From assembly GCF_001598855.1 (NCBI RefSeq), contig NZ_BCZS01000012.1:93551-157550 (forward strand): 64,000 nt of DNA, given 5' to 3'. Each line of letters opens with the position of its first letter. Position 1 is the stretch's first letter. The notes beneath the pieces were generated by a model. It worked only from the letters and a program-made list of their open reading frames with translations, did no database searches and was not told where the DNA came from. The stretch is from Pluralibacter gergoviae ATCC 33028 = NBRC 105706. Its GTDB lineage: Bacteria > Pseudomonadota > Gammaproteobacteria > Enterobacterales > Enterobacteriaceae. Positions 44,094 through 52,071 of this stretch are shown here, in pieces. Made by a program: the position numbers and the translations under genes.

Positions 44094-45677
44094 ATGAAAA
44101 AGCGTCGAGTAGTGATTGGCGTACTGGGTACGGTACTGGATAAGCGTGGAAAACGAGCGAATCGCCACCGCAAGTGGCGCCCTACGGTCGGGTTATGCCT
44201 GCAGCCCGATTTCTCTATTGACCGCCTGGAGTTGATTCACCAGCCTCGTGACGCCGGACTGGCGAAGCAGCTTGCTGAAGATATAACTCAGGTATCTGCC
44301 GGTACTCATGTCAGGCCGCACGCCATTGCGCTGCAAAATCCGTGGGATTTCGAGGAGGTGTACGCCGCCTTTCTCGATTTCGCCATCCACTATCCGTTCG
44401 ATACTGAAAATGAAGAGTATCTGGTACATATCACCACCGGTACGCACGTCGCTCAGATCTGCTGGTTCCTGCTGACGGAGGCCCGCTATCTGCCAGCCAC
44501 CCTGCTGCAAACCGGTCCCGCGCCCAAAGATTCAACACAGGAAGCAACAGTCGCCGGCGTCTGCTCGATGATCGACCTGGACTTAAGCCGCTATGCCACC
44601 CTCACAAGCCGCTTTCAGCGCGAGCAGCAGCAGTCGGTCTCTTTTCTTAAAGCGGGAATTGAGACACGAAATCCCACTTTTAACAGGCTTATTGATCAGA
44701 TTGAGCGAGTCGCACTCCGTTCCTCCGCTCCCATACTGTTGACGGGCCCGACTGGTTCGGGAAAATCCTTTCTCGCTCAGCGTATTTTTATGCTGCGCCA
44801 AAGCCGCCATCTTGTTGCGGGAAAATTCGTGGCGGTTAACTGCGCGACGCTACGCGGGGATAATGCCATGTCGACGCTATTTGGCCATGTAAAGGGGGCG
44901 TTCACCGGAGCGCTGTCGGCCAGAAGCGGTTTGCTTAAAGAGGCCAACGGCGGCGTACTTTTTCTTGACGAAATAGCGGAACTGGGACTCGACGAGCAGG
45001 CGATGCTCCTCAAGGCCATCGAGGAGAAAACCTTCTTACCCTTCGGTTCTGATAACGAGGTAAAAAGCGATTTTCAACTGATTGCCGGGACACATCGCGA
45101 TCTGCGCCAGTGGGTCAAAGAGGGGCGCTTTCGTGAGGATCTTTACGCGCGAATTAATCTCTGGAGTTTCGCACTGCCGGGACTGGCCCAAAGACGGGAA
45201 GATATTGCGCCCAACGTCGAATATGAGCTTCAGCGATTTTGCCATGAGCAACAAAATCAGGTGCGCTTTGATAAAGAGGCAAGGGAACGCTTTCTGGCTT
45301 TTTCCAGTTCCTCGCAGGCCAGCTGGCGCGGTAATTTCCGCGAACTTGGCTCCTCAATAACCAGAATGGCAACGTTAGCTGAGCAGGGGCGAATTACCGT
45401 AGCGCTCGTTGAGGAAGAGATTATGCGCCTACGTGAAAGCTGGTATGAAGAGTCGCGGGAACCGCTAATGGAACAGGAGATCGACCTCTTCGATCGCCAG
45501 CAGCTTGAAACGGTACTTGAGGTCTGCCGCCGTAGCGAATCGCTGTCGCAGGCTGGAAGAGAACTGTTTGCCGTTTCAAGATTGAAAAAAGCCAATCCGA
45601 ATGATGCCGATCGCCTGCGTAAGTATCTGGCACGCTTTGGTTTCAGCTGGGAAACTATTCGCGATAGGCATTTTTAG
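44094..45677 (+). CDS. rtcR: sigma54-dependent transcriptional regulator RtcR (CARF + AAA+ + HTH)
   Basis: 527 aa, collinear with E. coli RtcR (GPTGSGKSF Walker A; GAFTGA; C-terminal DADRLRKYLARFG). Confidence 0.93.
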   Translation: MKKRRVVIGVLGTVLDKRGKRANRHRKWRPTVGLCLQPDFSIDRLELIHQPRDAGLAKQLAEDITQVSAGTHVRPHAIALQNPWDFEEVYAAFLDFAIHYPFDTENEEYLVHITTGTHVAQICWFLLTEARYLPATLLQTGPAPKDSTQEATVAGVCSMIDLDLSRYATLTSRFQREQQQSVSFLKAGIETRNPTFNRLIDQIERVALRSSAPILLTGPTGSGKSFLAQRIFMLRQSRHLVAGKFVAVNCATLRGDNAMSTLFGHVKGAFTGALSARSGLLKEANGGVLFLDEIAELGLDEQAMLLKAIEEKTFLPFGSDNEVKSDFQLIAGTHRDLRQWVKEGRFREDLYARINLWSFALPGLAQRREDIAPNVEYELQRFCHEQQNQVRFDKEARERFLAFSSSSQASWRGNFRELGSSITRMATLAEQGRITVALVEEEIMRLRESWYEESREPLMEQEIDLFDRQQLETVLEVCRRSESLSQAGRELFAVSRLKKANPNDADRLRKYLARFGFSWETIRDRHF

Positions 45678-45715
45678 TTTGAATTAGACAGCGCCACGCG
45701 ATAAACAATACCTAA

Positions 45716-45741
45716 GGCCGGGCTCGAACCCGGCTTTTTTA
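45716..45741 (+). terminator. rho-independent terminator after rtcR (GGCCGGGCTCGAACCCGGC then TTTTTTAT)
   Basis: Hairpin plus T-run seen directly. Confidence 0.7.
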
Positions 45742-45783
45742 TAAAAACACAACAACAACCTTCACAATCGCAAGGATATCCCT

Positions 45784-46707
45784 ATGTTATCGACGCTGAC
45801 GCGGCTGTTCCCGCTCTGGGCGCTGCTGCTCTCCGTACTGGCGTACTTTACGCCCGCCACGTTTACTCCCATTGGCCCCTGGGTCGCCACGCTGCTGATG
45901 CTGATTATGTTCGGCATGGGCGTGCATCTGAAAATTGACGACTTTAAGCGGGTGTTGTCGCGCCCGGCGCCTGTCCTGGCCGGCACCTTTCTGCACTATC
46001 TGGTGATGCCTTTCGCGGCGTGGCTGCTGGCGCTGATTTTTCATATGCCGCCTGAACTGTCGGCGGGGATGGTGCTGGTGGGCAGCGTTGCCAGCGGCAC
46101 GGCCTCCAACGTGATGATCTATCTGGCGAAGGGTGACGTAGCGCTGTCGGTGACGATTTCGTCGGTCTCTACTCTGGTGGGCGTCATCGCCACGCCGCTG
46201 CTGACCCGCCTGTACGTCGACGCCCACATTCAGGTGGACGTCTGGGGGATGCTGCTGAGCATTATGCAGATTGTAGTGATCCCGATTGGGTTAGGGCTTA
46301 TTGTCCACCACCTGCTGCCGCGCGTGGTAAAAGCCGTGGAACCGTATCTGCCGGCGTTTTCGATGGTCTGCATTCTGGCCATTATCAGCGCGGTGGTGGC
46401 CGGTTCGGCGTCGCATATCGCCTCCGTGGGCCTGATGGTGATTGTGGCGGTGATCCTGCACAACGGTATTGGCCTGCTGAGCGGCTACTGGGGCGGGCGG
46501 CTGTTCGGCTTCGACGAATCCACCTGCCGCACGCTGGCGATTGAGGTAGGCATGCAGAACTCCGGCCTTGCCGCTGCGCTGGGGAAAATCTACTTCGGCC
46601 CGCTCGCCGCCCTGCCCGGCGCGCTATTCTCGGTGTGGCACAATCTGTCTGGCTCGCTGCTGGCGGGATACTGGTCGGGGAAGGCAGTCAGTAAAGACAA
46701 AACCTGA
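45784..46707 (+). CDS. bile acid:sodium symporter (BASS) family transporter
   Basis: 307 aa, about 9-10 TM, BASS family pattern. Confidence 0.8.
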   Translation: MLSTLTRLFPLWALLLSVLAYFTPATFTPIGPWVATLLMLIMFGMGVHLKIDDFKRVLSRPAPVLAGTFLHYLVMPFAAWLLALIFHMPPELSAGMVLVGSVASGTASNVMIYLAKGDVALSVTISSVSTLVGVIATPLLTRLYVDAHIQVDVWGMLLSIMQIVVIPIGLGLIVHHLLPRVVKAVEPYLPAFSMVCILAIISAVVAGSASHIASVGLMVIVAVILHNGIGLLSGYWGGRLFGFDESTCRTLAIEVGMQNSGLAAALGKIYFGPLAALPGALFSVWHNLSGSLLAGYWSGKAVSKDKT

Positions 46708-46751
46708 GCGTGAACCTTCGCCGAACGAGCCGGGTCGTTCGGCAACGCACG

Positions 46752-47066
46752 CTAAATGCCGTCGAGAAGGAAATCTATCGCCGCTTTAATTTGCGGACGG
46801 TAGTGAGAAGCATCGCAAAACACTGGCCCCAGCACGCTAACAGGGATACTCGCCATCTCATGCGTCATGACGGCATATTCCTTGCCGTCACTCAGCCTGA
46901 TTAACGGGATCAGGCGTTCAGGACGCTGGCTTGCGGGATACTTTTCTAAAGGTAAAAGTGGAATCGCAATATGTCGATTGAGCTGTCCGATGATGTCGCT
47001 CGTCACGTCAATCAGTAAAGGATAAACAGCACTTTTTCCGGTATTTCCATATACGGTAAATTGCAT
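46752..47066 (-). CDS. ccdB: CcdB-family gyrase-poison toxin
   Basis: MQFTVYGNTGKSAVYPLLIDVTSDII... aligns with F-plasmid CcdB ([25 protein letters not shown], C-terminal WGI/DGI). Confidence 0.85.
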   Translation of the reverse strand: MQFTVYGNTGKSAVYPLLIDVTSDIIGQLNRHIAIPLLPLEKYPASQRPERLIPLIRLSDGKEYAVMTHEMASIPVSVLGPVFCDASHYRPQIKAAIDFLLDGI

Positions 47067-47068
47067 CA

Positions 47069-47305
47069 CTAAAATGTCCTGTAGTCATCGCTGAAGCCGC
47101 CATGCTCATCGTGGAATTGATTGAGCGCCTCAATAGCCGCGCTGTTTTCTACCTGCCATTTTTTTGTTTCGTACTGGCTCACTTCGGCACTGAGCGCTGC
47201 AGCCAATACAGCACTGAGATTAATACCGGCCTCACGCGCACGCGCAAGAAGATTACGATCGATGGTCATAGTAACGCTCTGCGTTGTTCGCTGTTTTATT
47301 GACAT
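47069..47305 (-). CDS. ccdA: CcdA-family antitoxin, overlapping the ccdB start
   Basis: MSIKQRTTQSVTMTIDRNLL... aligns with F-plasmid CcdA (MKQRITVTVDSDSYQLL...); typical TA gene overlap. Confidence 0.85.
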   Translation of the reverse strand: MSIKQRTTQSVTMTIDRNLLARAREAGINLSAVLAAALSAEVSQYETKKWQVENSAAIEALNQFHDEHGGFSDDYRTF

Positions 47306-47497
47306 ACTTTCCGCCCCGCTCGTTTATTATGCACAATAATATAAACGAACATTTGCACGGGGATCCACACGAGTCTGTATAATCTCCTGCGGCGATAAAG
47401 GCAACTGAAAGTCGGTGCCATAATTTCTGCACGCGATCCTCATTCCAGTTCTGATTGTACGATACACTCAGCATTCATCCTTCAGGAGACTCCCATC

Positions 47498-47770
47498 ATG
47501 GCCATCCCACGCCTCACCCAGCAGGACATGACCGAGCAGGAAAAGCGCGAGCTGAAAACCCGGCTCGACCGCGCCAGAATCGCCCACGGCCGGGTACTGA
47601 CCAACGCGGAAACCAATCAGATCAAGAAGGCCTACATTGACGCGCTGATGGCCGAGCGCGAAGCGGAAGCGAAGAAGGCCCGCCAGCTGAAGAAGAAGCA
47701 GGCCTATAAAACGGATAAGGAAGCGACGTTCTCGTGGTCAGCCAGCGCGCCGGTGCGCGGCAGGCGCTAG
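47498..47770 (+). CDS. yjbD: DUF3811 protein YjbD
   Basis: Resembles E. coli YjbD (MALPRITQKEMTEREQRELKT...). Confidence 0.8.
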   Translation: MAIPRLTQQDMTEQEKRELKTRLDRARIAHGRVLTNAETNQIKKAYIDALMAEREAEAKKARQLKKKQAYKTDKEATFSWSASAPVRGRR

Positions 47771-48109
47771 TTAGCCGACCTGAAGAGTGACCGGTTTGCC
47801 GAGCCGGGCGAGCATCAGGACCAGCGCATCGAGGGTAAATTTGCTGGTCTTCTGATTCACCACGTCGGAAACGCGCGGCCGGGAAATGTGCAGCCTGCGG
47901 GCAACCTCCGCCTGCTTGAGATGATGCTCGTCAATCCAGCCGGCGATCTCGTTCATCAGCTGGCGCTTAAGGTTAAGCAGTTGCGCGGCTTCCTGCTCTG
48001 CCTGCTGCTTAAGCTGCTGCGCCTCATCGGCAGCAACGCCGAGATCGGCAAAAATATTGCCGTCCGCCGGGGTGATGTGGGCGATCTTACCGTCAGTCAT
48101 CTGTTTCAT
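47771..48109 (-). CDS. XRE-family HTH protein, HigA-like antitoxin fold (orphan; no adjacent toxin ORF)
   Basis: NIFADLG N-motif and C-terminal HTH (LKQAEVARRLHISRPRVSDVVNQKTSKFTLDALVLMLARLG). Confidence 0.7.
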   Translation of the reverse strand: MKQMTDGKIAHITPADGNIFADLGVAADEAQQLKQQAEQEAAQLLNLKRQLMNEIAGWIDEHHLKQAEVARRLHISRPRVSDVVNQKTSKFTLDALVLMLARLGKPVTLQVG

Positions 48110-48318
48110 GGCCTACCCTGCAGTTTGTTAATACCGAGCGAGACGAAGCATATTACATTTTTGTATAAAATTTTATACCACAATCAGTCCTCGAACTGCC
48201 AGCACGTTACGCGCGATAAAAAATAGGGCAAAAGCGTGAGATGCTGTGAGCGGCCTGCAGAAGACATGCGCGATACGGCGCCGGGACAGAAGACCCCGGC
48301 GCGAAAAGAGAGTAAACC

Positions 48319-49191
48319 TTAGCGTCCCTTCTTCTTCCTGCCCGGGGAGGTAAAGCGCTTGCGCGACGCCAGCTCGGCGGGGGTTTTCGCCATATTCTTG
48401 CCGCCGCCGGCGGGCTTCTTCGGCGCGCCCGCTTTCGGCTTCGCCTTCGCTTTCGCCGGTTTCGCCTCGGACGAGGAGCCTTCAATCAGCTTAAACAGTT
48501 CAATCAGCTCGTCGTCGGTCAGATCGCGCCACTCGCCGACGGGCAGCCCCTTCAGGCTGACGTTCATGATGCGGGTGCGCTCAAGCTTCGTCACCTCATA
48601 GCCGAAGTGCTCGCACATACGGCGTATCTGCCTGTTGAGGCCCTGTACCAGGGTAATGCGGAAGGCGAACGGCGCCTCTTTCTTTACCTTACATTTCTTC
48701 GTTACCGTGCCGAGGATCGGCACCCCGGCGCCCATGCCGCGAATAAAGTCGTCGGTTACCGGCTTATTAACCGTCACCACGTACTCTTTCTCGTGATTGT
48801 TGCCGGCGCGCAGGATCTTGTTCACCAGATCGCCGTGGTTGGTGAGAAAAATCAGCCCCTGCGACTCTTTATCGAGGCGGCCGATGGGGAAGACGCGCTT
48901 GCTGTGGTTAACAAAATCGACGATGTTGTCGCGCTCGCCGTCTTCGGTAGTGCTGACGATGCCGACCGGTTTATTGAGGGCGATCAGCACCAGGTCTTCC
49001 GCATCGCGCGGCTCAATCAGCTGCCCGTTAACCTTTACCTCGTCGCCGGGCATCACCTGGTCGCCGACGCTGGCGCGCTTGCCGTTAATAAAGACGTTTC
49101 CCTGCTCTATATAGCGGTCGGCGTCGCGGCGGGAGCAGATGCCGCTCTCGCTAATGTACTTGTTTAAACGGGTGGATTGGGCTGGCAGCAT
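48319..49191 (-). CDS. rluF: 23S rRNA pseudouridine(2604) synthase RluF ([17 protein letters not shown] start)
   Basis: Near-identical to E. coli RluF including the lysine-rich C-terminal tail. Confidence 0.93.
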   Translation of the reverse strand: MLPAQSTRLNKYISESGICSRRDADRYIEQGNVFINGKRASVGDQVMPGDEVKVNGQLIEPRDAEDLVLIALNKPVGIVSTTEDGERDNIVDFVNHSKRVFPIGRLDKESQGLIFLTNHGDLVNKILRAGNNHEKEYVVTVNKPVTDDFIRGMGAGVPILGTVTKKCKVKKEAPFAFRITLVQGLNRQIRRMCEHFGYEVTKLERTRIMNVSLKGLPVGEWRDLTDDELIELFKLIEGSSSEAKPAKAKAKPKAGAPKKPAGGGKNMAKTPAELASRKRFTSPGRKKKGR

Positions 49192-49418
49192 AAGGTCTCC
49201 TGTCAATTGCCGCGCAATATACCGCACATTGCGGGTGAGAAAAAACAGCCATTTTTACCCATCCGGGGAATAAATGTGATGCAAAGCGATGTTTTGCATA
49301 TAAATGACTGAAAATCAGGATGATGACCCGGCTATCCGGGGCTATACCTGAAAGCCGTTGTGGGATATGGTCAGGACAGCGCAATACTTTCTGCAGCCCC
49401 ACGCCGAGGAGATTTAAG

Positions 49419-50231
49419 ATGATCAACCGCGACACTCAGCTGTGCATGTCGCTTGCCGGACGCCCCGGCAATTTTGGTACCCGCTTTCACAATTATCTGT
49501 ACGAGAAGCTGGGCCTCAACTTTATCTACAAAGCCTTTACGACCCAGGATATCGGGGCGGCGGTCAAAGGCGTCAGGGCGCTGGGCATCCGCGGCTGCGC
49601 GGTGTCGATGCCCTTCAAAGAGAGCTGTATGCCGTTTCTGGACGCTATCGATCCGTCGGCGAAGGTCATTGACTCCGTGAACACCATCGTCAACGACGGC
49701 GGCCATCTGACGGGCTTCAATACCGACTATATTGCGGTGAAAAGCCTGATTGACAGCCACCGGCTTGATACGGCTGCCCGGGTGATGATCCGCGGCAGCG
49801 GCGGCATGGGTAAGGCGGTGATCGCCGCCTTCCGCGACGCGGGATTTAAGAACGTCATTATTGCGGCGCGCAATGAGCAGAGCGGTACGGCGCTGGCGCG
49901 CCAGTACGGCTTCCAGTGGCAGCCGCTGCCGGAGGGTATTCAGGCGGATATCCTGGTGAACGTCACGCCCATCGGCATGGCCGGCGGCAGCGAGAGCGAC
50001 GCGCTCTCCTTCAATGAGGAAATGGTCGCGGCGGCGGGCGTGGTGTTCGACGTGATTGCCCTGCCGGCGGAAACGCCGGTCATCAGGCTGGCGCAGAAGC
50101 TGAATAAAAAGACCATCAGTGGCGCGGAGGTCATCGCCCTGCAGGCCGTCGAGCAGTTTGCGATGTACACCGGCGTGCGTCCGGATGACGCGCTGATCGC
50201 CGAAGCTGCCGCCTTTGCCCGCGCGGGCTAA
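49419..50231 (+). CDS. shikimate 5-dehydrogenase-family (AroE/YdiB-like) oxidoreductase; ATG at 49419 with GAGGAG RBS
   Basis: Family-level similarity only; occupies the pepE position of E. coli. Confidence 0.7.
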   Translation: MINRDTQLCMSLAGRPGNFGTRFHNYLYEKLGLNFIYKAFTTQDIGAAVKGVRALGIRGCAVSMPFKESCMPFLDAIDPSAKVIDSVNTIVNDGGHLTGFNTDYIAVKSLIDSHRLDTAARVMIRGSGGMGKAVIAAFRDAGFKNVIIAARNEQSGTALARQYGFQWQPLPEGIQADILVNVTPIGMAGGSESDALSFNEEMVAAAGVVFDVIALPAETPVIRLAQKLNKKTISGAEVIALQAVEQFAMYTGVRPDDALIAEAAAFARAG

Positions 50232-50268
50232 TCGTTAATGAGGCAGCCTTTCCGGCTGCCTCTTCCTG

Positions 50269-51900
50269 TCAATATCCGTCCCGCTCGTCGTCTTCGTCCG
50301 GCTGCTCCAGCACGCTGTAGGCCACCGCGCAGAACAGAGAATTCAGACGCTTCATATCGCCCAGCAGCCCCAGGTGCAGGGAGCTGGTCTCGATGCTCTG
50401 TACGTTCTGCTGGTGCAGCCTGTCCACGTGGGCGTGCGAATAGCGGCGGTTCATAATGCGAAAGCGGTGCTTATTGCGGCGCAGGCGGCGGGCGCTGTCC
50501 ACGTCGCCGGAGAAGAAGACCGACATCGCCAGCTGCAGGTTGCTGAGCAGCTGCTCGTACAGCGCGTCCAGCTCTTTCAGCCCTTCCAGCGAGAAGGCGC
50601 GGCGGGCCGCCAGCGACTTATCGGCAATCTCGCTGCCCATGCGCTCGATAATATCCGACGCCTGCTCCAGATTGAGCGACATCTCAATGATTTCCGCCCA
50701 GCGCCGGGACTCTTCCTCCGCCAGATCCTCTTTCGGCAGCCGCGCCAGATAGAGCTTGATGGCGGTATAGAGCACGTTGATGTCGTCGGCAATCTTGCGC
50801 AGCGCCTTCTCTTCGCGCGGCTCGCCGTGCATCACCTTGTGCAGCCCCGTCATCATGTTTTCCATCGCATCGCCGATGCGCAGCGCTTCGCGGGCGGCGT
50901 TGGCCAGCGCCAGGGTGGGCGTATCCAGCGCGGTCGGATCCAGATGCTTCGGCTTGAGGCGCCCGTCCAGCTCAGGCTGGTCCTGGATCACCCGCTTGCA
51001 GAAGCGCGCCATCGGTTCGGCAAAGGGCACCATCGCCAGGCAGCGGATCAGGTTATAGAAGACGTGGAAGTAGATAACCAGTTCGGATTTCGATACCGGC
51101 AGATCGGCCATCAGGTTCGCCAGCGGATGGATAAACGGCAGGACGATCAGGCTGCCGATAAGCTTGAACAGCAGGCTGCCCAGCGCGACGCGGCGGGCGG
51201 CGGCATTGGCGGCGCTGTTGTTGAGCATCGCCAGCAGGCCGGAACCGAGGTTGGCGCCAATCACCAGGCACAGCGCTACCGGGAATGAGATGACGCCGGT
51301 GGCGGTCAGGGTCGCGGTCAGCAGCACCGCCGCCAGGCTGGAATAGGTGATGATGGCGAATACCGCGCCAATCAGCGCATCAAGGATGATATCCCCGGTA
51401 AGCGAGGCGAAAATGACCTGTACGCCGTTGGCCTGGGTGATGGGATGCACCGCCTGGACGATAAGCTCCAGCGCCAGCAGGATCAGGCCGAGGCCGATGC
51501 CAACGCGGCCAAGCTGGCCGGCGCGGGTCTGCCGGCGGCCGAGGAAGAAGATCACGCCGACAAAAATCAGCAGCGGCGACACCCAGGAGAGGTCGAAGGT
51601 CAGCACGCGGGCCATCAAGGCGGTACCGACGTCGGCGCCGAGGACGATCACCAGCGCGGGCGTCAGCGCCACCAGATCCTGGGCAACGAAGGAGGTCACC
51701 AGCATGGTGGTGGCGTTGCTGCTCTGCACCAGGGCGGTGACGCCGATACCGGCGCAGAAGGCGAGCGGTTTTTTCTCTACGCTGCGGCTGAGCACGGTGC
51801 GCAGGCGGGCGCCGAAGACGCGCATCACGCCGGTGCGCACGATGTGGGTGCCCCACACCAGCAGCGAAACGGCGGAAAGCAGGTGTAACAAGGTTAGCAC
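50269..51900 (-). CDS. yjbB: Na+/phosphate cotransporter family protein YjbB
   Basis: 543 aa, NptA-like membrane domain plus PhoU-like C-terminus. Confidence 0.9.
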   Translation of the reverse strand: MLTLLHLLSAVSLLVWGTHIVRTGVMRVFGARLRTVLSRSVEKKPLAFCAGIGVTALVQSSNATTMLVTSFVAQDLVALTPALVIVLGADVGTALMARVLTFDLSWVSPLLIFVGVIFFLGRRQTRAGQLGRVGIGLGLILLALELIVQAVHPITQANGVQVIFASLTGDIILDALIGAVFAIITYSSLAAVLLTATLTATGVISFPVALCLVIGANLGSGLLAMLNNSAANAAARRVALGSLLFKLIGSLIVLPFIHPLANLMADLPVSKSELVIYFHVFYNLIRCLAMVPFAEPMARFCKRVIQDQPELDGRLKPKHLDPTALDTPTLALANAAREALRIGDAMENMMTGLHKVMHGEPREEKALRKIADDINVLYTAIKLYLARLPKEDLAEEESRRWAEIIEMSLNLEQASDIIERMGSEIADKSLAARRAFSLEGLKELDALYEQLLSNLQLAMSVFFSGDVDSARRLRRNKHRFRIMNRRYSHAHVDRLHQQNVQSIETSSLHLGLLGDMKRLNSLFCAVAYSVLEQPDEDDERDGY

Positions 51901-52002
51901 GGGTTATTGTTCTCCTTATCGTTATAGGTAGTCCTTACGCTCTTTTGCGGCCTCTTCCTGAGGATGGAGAAAAAAGCGTTATCTTTCAGTATAGAGACTT
52001 AC

Positions 52003-52037
52003 GCGCCAGAAAGAGACAGGGCACCGTGAAGGTGCCC
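52003..52037 (-). terminator. metH terminator hairpin GGGCACC-TTCAC-GGTGCCC followed by a T-rich tract (minus strand)
   Basis: Seen directly. Confidence 0.5.
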
Positions 52038-52071
52038 CGTTTGTTGTAAACAAAAATGACAGTTTTGTGAA

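Noticed and set aside
45716-45741. GGGCTCGAACCCGGC as a tRNA T-arm
   Set aside because: It is a simple GC hairpin followed by T6 directly after the rtcR stop, so it is a terminator
48207-48485. 92-aa Arg/Lys-rich ORF between rluF and the HTH gene (a possible missing toxin)
   Set aside because: Out-of-frame overlap with the lysine-rich 3' end of rluF; composition is an artefact of that tail and shows no toxin-like features
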